From contig CALWLD010000006.1 of the NCBI GenBank assembly GCA_944381435.1, positions 4,843-28,842 of the forward strand: 24,000 nt of DNA, read 5' to 3'. A program made the translations under genes and the position numbers. The stretch comes from an uncultured Clostridia bacterium (lineage in GTDB: Bacteria > Bacillota > Clostridia > Lachnospirales > CAG-274). The notes under the pieces are model-generated. The model ran no database searches. It saw only the letters and a list, made by a program, of their open reading frames with translations, and was not told where the DNA came from. Positions 19,195-24,000 of the stretch are shown one piece after another (positions within the stretch are counted from its first letter, which is position 1; every line of letters starts with the position of its first letter).

Positions 19195-19362
19195 TTATTT
19201 TAAAAATATTAAACATATACCTATGATAAATAGCCCAAAGGCTAAAACATAGCAAAGCCAATAGGGGATAACAAGCACTAAAAGCATACCAAAGCCTATA
19301 CAGGTTAAAATTATACCTAAAAGTCTTGTCAAAGGTATTATACATCTATTGCATTTGTTCAT
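19195..19362 (-). CDS. Hypothetical 55-aa Cys-rich protein with two predicted TM helices (shorter than any ORF in the supplied track)
   Basis: The minus strand reads TAGGAGCTGATAAA-ATG. Translation: MNKCNRCIIPLTRLLGIILTCIGFGMLLVLVIPYWLCYVLAFGLFIIGICLIFLK, ending in TAA. It lies 56 nt downstream of sfsA on the same strand and upstream of the shared terminator. Confidence 0.5.
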   Translation of the reverse strand: MNKCNRCIIPLTRLLGIILTCIGFGMLLVLVIPYWLCYVLAFGLFIIGICLIFLK

Positions 19363-19418
19363 TTTATCAGCTCCTATAATAGTTTTATATAATATATTCT
19401 TATAAATATATTTGTTTA

Positions 19419-20102
19419 CTAATCTATTATTACAGGGACTTCATCTTTTAATATGATTTCATCATAGCTAACAAAACAATCATAAGCTAATATATGTACA
19501 TTGTTATTTTTGGCATCTTTTAAAGCTTTATGAAAGTCATCGTTATTAGGTTCAAAATGTTTTACATTTTTTAGCTGTACAACAAATAATATATAGGCTT
19601 CATAGCCTTCTTTTTTTGCATCTATTAGTTCATTTATATGCTTTATAGCTCTTATAGAAGGAGCATCTGGAAATTTCACTATGCCATCTTTTTCTAAGGT
19701 AACACCTTTTACCTCTATAAAGCCTTTTTCTCCTGTATTTCTTTCAAAATATATATCAAATCTAGAGTTTTTATATTTAGATTCTAGCTTTAAAAAACTT
19801 ACATTTTTAAATAACTCTATAGCTTTTTTTTCTATAGCTTCTTTTACGACATAATTAGGCACTTGGCTATCCATATTTATTAATAAATCACCTTTTTTTA
19901 CACATATGAGAGAATATTTTGTTTTTCTATTTTCTTTATTGTTTTCTTGCACAAATATATCAGTGCCTTTTATGAGAAGTTCTTTGCACCTTCCTGTATT
20001 TTTTACGTGGCAAAGCTCTATCTTATTATTTATTTCTATTTCTGCAATAAATCTATTTATTCTATTAATAAATTTAGCAGATTTTATATTATCATATTTC
20101 AT
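19419..20102 (-). CDS. sfsA: Sugar fermentation stimulation protein SfsA (DNA-binding, nuclease-like fold)
   Basis: 227 aa. The N-terminus (FINRINRFIAEIEINNKIELCHVKNTGRCKELL) and FIEVKGVTL are typical SfsA. RBS AAGGAG. Confidence 0.85.
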   Translation of the reverse strand: MKYDNIKSAKFINRINRFIAEIEINNKIELCHVKNTGRCKELLIKGTDIFVQENNKENRKTKYSLICVKKGDLLINMDSQVPNYVVKEAIEKKAIELFKNVSFLKLESKYKNSRFDIYFERNTGEKGFIEVKGVTLEKDGIVKFPDAPSIRAIKHINELIDAKKEGYEAYILFVVQLKNVKHFEPNNDDFHKALKDAKNNNVHILAYDCFVSYDEIILKDEVPVIID

Positions 20103-20119
20103 AATTTTATCTCCTTATA

Positions 20120-20160
20120 CATTAAAAGTTAAGACTATTTTTTAGCCTTAACTTTTAATG
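20120..20160 (-). other. 14-bp perfect inverted repeat between the DUF378 gene and sfsA (hairpin without a U-tract)
   Basis: CATTAAAAGTTAAG (20120-20133) pairs with CTTAACTTTTAATG (20147-20160) across a 13-nt loop. On the minus-strand RNA the 3' arm directly abuts the sfsA RBS. Confidence 0.4.
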
Positions 20161-20167
20161 GAAAATA

Positions 20168-20392
20168 TTATCTAGTGGTAGAAGATTGGTTATTTCCAAG
20201 CTTACCATATAAAGTTACACAGTATAAACCGGCAAGACCAACTAAAGCGTAAACAATCCTACTTACAAGGGAATCCATACCACCAAATAATGTTGCAACT
20301 AAGTCAAACTTGAAAAACCCAATAAGCCCCCAGTTTATAGCTCCTATTATTACTAATGTAAGAGCAGTAAAATCTAAAGGTCTGGTTTGCAT
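20168..20392 (-). CDS. DUF378-family small membrane protein
   Basis: 74 aa. LTLVIIGAINWGLIGFFKFDLVATLFGG matches my recollection of the DUF378 signature. Two TM helices. RBS AAGGAGG. Confidence 0.75.
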   Translation of the reverse strand: MQTRPLDFTALTLVIIGAINWGLIGFFKFDLVATLFGGMDSLVSRIVYALVGLAGLYCVTLYGKLGNNQSSTTR

Positions 20393-20485
20393 AAAAATAC
20401 CTCCTTAAAAAATAAGAATGTTTATAATAGCAACTGCTATTACTTTTAGTTTAACCAAAAATATTAAATTTATGTTAAAAAAATA

Positions 20486-21724
20486 TTATATATTTATATC
20501 ATCAGTTTTTCCTACTAAAGATATGCTCATTTTATCAAAATCAAACACAGTATCTATTAAATAGTCAACATCAGATTTTTGTATTAAATCAACTTCTTTA
20601 ATAATTTCATCAGGAGTTTTTATTTTGTTAAGCAAAATTTTTGACCTTCCAATGCTAGACATTCTGTTTGAGGTGCTTTCAAGCCCCATAATATAGTTGC
20701 TTTTTAGCTGTTCTTTAGTTTTTTCTATTTGTTCTTTATTTATTTTTTCTTTTTTTATGTTATTTATTTCTCTTTTTATTATATCGATAGTTTTTTGCAG
20801 ATGAGCCTTATTAAGACCTACATATATATTAAAAAGCCCGTTATTTATATAATTAGAGTTATAAGAATATATAGAATATGCAATACCTTGCTCTTCTCTC
20901 ACTTTTTGAAATAAAATAGAGCTCATACCACCACCTATGATAGTATTTAACAAGCTCATACTATAATTATATTTACTATTTAAAGGTATACCGTTAAAGC
21001 CTATTGCTAAATGTAGCTGTTCTATATCTTTAAATAGTTTAACTTTGCTAGGTGTATATATATAACTTTTTTCAGCCTCTAAATTAGGACTACCTTTAGG
21101 CATAGATGAAAATTTATCTTTTATAGCATTAACTATTTTTTCTTTATCAAAGTTACCTGCAATAGCTATAACTGTGTTTTCTCCTGTATATTTATTTTTC
21201 ATATAGTCTATAAAATCTTCCCTTTTAAAGCTAGATACGTTTTCTTTGCTACCTAAAACGCTATATCCTAAAGGAGAATTTTTCCATACGTTTTTTTGTA
21301 AATTAGTAAATACTAAATCATCTGGGCTATCTTCATACATACTTATTTCTTCTAATATAACTTTGGCTTCTTTTTCTATTTCTATACTATCAAATTTAGA
21401 GCAAAAAAACATATCTGTTAAAACATCTATGGCAGTATCTATATGGCTATCTAAAACTCTTGCATAATAACAGGTATATTCTTTAGATGTAAAAGCATTT
21501 AGCTGTCCACCTATATTATCCATTTCTTCAGCTATATCTTTAGAAGTTCTTTTGTTTGTTCCTTTAAATAAAAGATGTTCTATAAAATGAGAAATACCGT
21601 TTGTTTTATCATTTTCATTTACAGAACCATTTTTTATAAATATACCTATGGAAACAGAGCGTACATAGTCCATTTTTTCTGTAACTATAGATACACCATT
21701 TTCTAATTGTATTGTATCAAACAT
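20486..21724 (-). CDS. M16-family (pitrilysin/insulinase-like) zinc peptidase
   Basis: 412 aa. Inverted zinc motif HFIEHLLFKG (HxxEH). Its position directly downstream of pnp is usual in Firmicutes. Confidence 0.85.
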   Translation of the reverse strand: MFDTIQLENGVSIVTEKMDYVRSVSIGIFIKNGSVNENDKTNGISHFIEHLLFKGTNKRTSKDIAEEMDNIGGQLNAFTSKEYTCYYARVLDSHIDTAIDVLTDMFFCSKFDSIEIEKEAKVILEEISMYEDSPDDLVFTNLQKNVWKNSPLGYSVLGSKENVSSFKREDFIDYMKNKYTGENTVIAIAGNFDKEKIVNAIKDKFSSMPKGSPNLEAEKSYIYTPSKVKLFKDIEQLHLAIGFNGIPLNSKYNYSMSLLNTIIGGGMSSILFQKVREEQGIAYSIYSYNSNYINNGLFNIYVGLNKAHLQKTIDIIKREINNIKKEKINKEQIEKTKEQLKSNYIMGLESTSNRMSSIGRSKILLNKIKTPDEIIKEVDLIQKSDVDYLIDTVFDFDKMSISLVGKTDDINI

Positions 21725-21796
21725 AAAATACTCCTTTACTAATATAATATATTATTTTACCCCAAATTTTATATGTTATAAATATTTTTAATATAA

Positions 21797-21836
21797 ATTA
21801 ATCTAAGCCTTACATATATGCAAGACTTAGATTACT
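21797..21836 (-). terminator. Hairpin (terminator or attenuator) between pnp and the M16 peptidase gene
   Basis: TAATCTAAG (21799-21807) pairs with CTTAGATTA (21826-21834). An inner CTTACA/TGCAAG extension has one mismatch. AT-rich, T-containing sequence follows on the minus strand. Confidence 0.5.
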
Positions 21837-21850
21837 ATTTTAAAAATTGC

Positions 21851-23965
21851 TTATTCTTGAGATAAAGCATCTTTTATAGATAGATTTATTCTACCTTGTT
21901 CATCTATCTCTATAACTTTAACTAAAACATCATCACCAACATTTACAACATCTTCTACTTTAGCAACTTTTTCTTTAGAAAGCTTAGAAATATGCACTAA
22001 ACCTTCTTTTTCAGGAGCAAACTCTACAAAAGCACCAAAGTTTAATATCCTTACAACTTTACCTGTAAAGATTTGGCCAACTTCTGGGTCTTTAACGATA
22101 GCGTTAATGATAGATATAGCTTTATCTATTTTTTCTTGGTCGTTAGAAGATACAAAGATTTTGCCACCTTCTTCTGTATCTATTTTATCAACGCCTGTTT
22201 GCTCTAAAATTTTATTGATTGTTTTACCACGAGGGCCGATAACCTCTGCCATTTTTTCAGGGTCTATTAACAAGAAACCTATTTTAGGAGCATATTTAGA
22301 AAGCTCTTGGCGAGGCTTATCAATAGCTTTTAACATAACTTCGTTTAAGATATATTGTCTAGCTTCGTTAGTTTTTTGTAAAGACTGTTTTATAATTTCT
22401 GGTGTTAAGCCATCTATTTTAATGTCCATTTGTATAGCAGTTATACCTTTTTCGCTACCTGCCACCTTAAAATCCATATCTCCAAAGAAATCTTCTAAAC
22501 CTTGAATATCTGTAAGAAGCACAAAGTCATCATCAGTTTCACCTGTAACAAGCCCAACAGATATACCAGCTACTGGTCTTTTTATAGGAACACCAGCTGC
22601 CATAAGAGAAAGGGTAGAGCCACAAACGCTAGCTTGAGATGTAGAACCATTTGAGCTTAAAACTTCAGATACAAGCCTTATAGCATAAGGAAACTCCTCT
22701 TCAGATGGGATAACAGGCACTAAGGCTCTTTCTGCTAAAGCACCGTGACCTATCTCTCTTCTACCAGGACCTCTTGATGGTCTTGTTTCTCCAACGGAAT
22801 AGCTTGGGAAATTATAATGATGGATATATCTTTTAGTAACTTCTAGCTCATCTAAGCCATCTAGCTTTTGAGCTTCGCTTATAGAACCTAGCGTTGTAAC
22901 TGTTAAAACTTGAGTTTGCCCTCTGCTAAAGATAGCAGAACCGTGAGTTCTAGGTAAAATATCTACCTCAGCAGTAAGCTTTCTTATTTCTTCAAGGCCA
23001 CGACCATCTGGTCTTTTATGGTCTTTTAAAATCATTCTTCTAACAGTTTCTTTTTCGTATTTATATATAGCTTCGTTTATTTGTAGTATATAATCATCAG
23101 GGTTATCACCTTCATAGGTTGCCATTAGCTTTTCTATAACCTCTTCTTTAAGAGCAGATACTTGTTCATCTCTAACTTGCTTTAAATCTGTAAAAACAGC
23201 ATCTTCCATTCGCTTATCTGTAATTATATCTACTATATTTTTATATAAATCTTTATCTACGTTATGCTCTTCATAGCTGTGCTTTTCTTTGCCCACTTCT
23301 TTTGCTATGTTTTCTATAAATTCGGCAATTTTAATGTTTTCTTGGTGTGCAAGCATAATAGCGTTATACATTGTTTCATCATCTATTTCGTTTGCACCAG
23401 CTTCTATCATCATAACTTTTTGCTTTGTAGAGGATACAATTAGAGAAAGGTCGCTTTTTTCTCTTTCTTCAGATGTAGGGTTTATTATAAATTTATTATC
23501 TATAAGACCTACCATAACAGAGCCTGTAGGACCGTTAAAAGGAATATCTGATATAGATAAAACGATAGAAGAACCTATCATAGCAACGATTTCTGGGCTA
23601 CAATCTTGATCTACAGATAAAACGGTAGCAACAAGCCCTACATCGTTTCTATAATCTTTAGGGAATAATGGTCTAATAGGTCTATCTATAAGGCGTGATG
23701 TTAAAACCGCTTTTTCTGTAGGCTTACCTTCTCTTTTCATAAAACCGCCTGGTATTTTACCAACAGAATATAATTTTTCTTCATAATCTATGCTAAGAGG
23801 GAAAAAATCTATACCATCTCTTGGCTTTTCAGAGGCAGTAACAGCTACCAATACTACAGTTTCACCATATCTAACGATAGCTGCACCGTTTGCAAGCTCA
23901 GCTACTCTTCCTATCTCAACAGAAAGCTCTCTGCCTGCTAGTGTTGTAGAATACGTTTTATACAT
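21851..23965 (-). CDS. pnp: Polyribonucleotide nucleotidyltransferase (PNPase)
   Basis: 704 aa. Two RNase PH domains, then KH (IGPRGKTINKILEQTG) and S1 (GQIFTGKVVRILNFGAFVEF) domains. RBS AGGAGAAAC lies upstream at the window edge. Confidence 0.95.
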   Translation of the reverse strand: MYKTYSTTLAGRELSVEIGRVAELANGAAIVRYGETVVLVAVTASEKPRDGIDFFPLSIDYEEKLYSVGKIPGGFMKREGKPTEKAVLTSRLIDRPIRPLFPKDYRNDVGLVATVLSVDQDCSPEIVAMIGSSIVLSISDIPFNGPTGSVMVGLIDNKFIINPTSEEREKSDLSLIVSSTKQKVMMIEAGANEIDDETMYNAIMLAHQENIKIAEFIENIAKEVGKEKHSYEEHNVDKDLYKNIVDIITDKRMEDAVFTDLKQVRDEQVSALKEEVIEKLMATYEGDNPDDYILQINEAIYKYEKETVRRMILKDHKRPDGRGLEEIRKLTAEVDILPRTHGSAIFSRGQTQVLTVTTLGSISEAQKLDGLDELEVTKRYIHHYNFPSYSVGETRPSRGPGRREIGHGALAERALVPVIPSEEEFPYAIRLVSEVLSSNGSTSQASVCGSTLSLMAAGVPIKRPVAGISVGLVTGETDDDFVLLTDIQGLEDFFGDMDFKVAGSEKGITAIQMDIKIDGLTPEIIKQSLQKTNEARQYILNEVMLKAIDKPRQELSKYAPKIGFLLIDPEKMAEVIGPRGKTINKILEQTGVDKIDTEEGGKIFVSSNDQEKIDKAISIINAIVKDPEVGQIFTGKVVRILNFGAFVEFAPEKEGLVHISKLSKEKVAKVEDVVNVGDDVLVKVIEIDEQGRINLSIKDALSQE

Positions 23966-24000
23966 AAGTTTCTCCTTTCGTATTCAATTATATTTCATAA

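Noticed and set aside
19906-20145. Plus-strand ORFs 19906..20145 and 19947..20132 overlapping sfsA
   Set aside because: They are antisense to a clear SfsA homologue, with low-complexity hydrophobic translations and no RBS.
20729-21467. Plus-strand ORFs 20729..20914 and 21246..21467 inside the M16 peptidase gene
   Set aside because: They are antisense shadow ORFs with Phe/Ile/Tyr-rich low-complexity translations.
22107-23609. Plus-strand ORFs 22107..22505 and 23289..23609 antisense to pnp
   Set aside because: They are shadow ORFs within a highly conserved PNPase gene. They have no RBS, and their Ser/Ile/Leu-rich translations show no recognisable motifs.

Overview
This is a visibly AT-rich, low-GC Firmicutes (Clostridia-like, endospore-forming) chromosomal window. 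It is densely coding and mostly core housekeeping. On the plus strand, left to right: the 3' part of hemW, rluB, a flavodiiron protein, a small membrane ORF, an APC amino-acid permease, an alpha/beta-type SASP, rimM-trmD-rnz, and an ECF sigma/anti-sigma pair. A 918-aa secreted LRR/SLH surface protein lies on the minus strand, convergent with the sigma pair. Further plus-strand genes are an M20 amidohydrolase, a complete beta-glucoside operon (RAT/terminator, licT-like antiterminator, PTS EIIBCA, GH1 6-phospho-beta-glucosidase) and an orphan 174-aa ORF. The right end is a minus-strand block: pnp, M16 peptidase, a DUF378 protein, sfsA and an untracked 55-aa membrane ORF. I found no CRISPR array, transposase or integrase, tRNA or rRNA, or recognisable defence genes. 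I cannot support a defined new system from sequence alone. The most anomalous locus is 18.3-19.4 kb. There an unrecognisable ORF and a C-rich island, sharply atypical for this genome, are bracketed by a 14-bp direct repeat and lie next to the Cys-rich mini-membrane ORF. Secondary leads are the ECF module with a sigW-like promoter beside the surface-protein gene, and several phased or inverted repeats in intergenic regions. All promoter, terminator and family calls come from reading motifs by eye. No searches or folding calculations were run.
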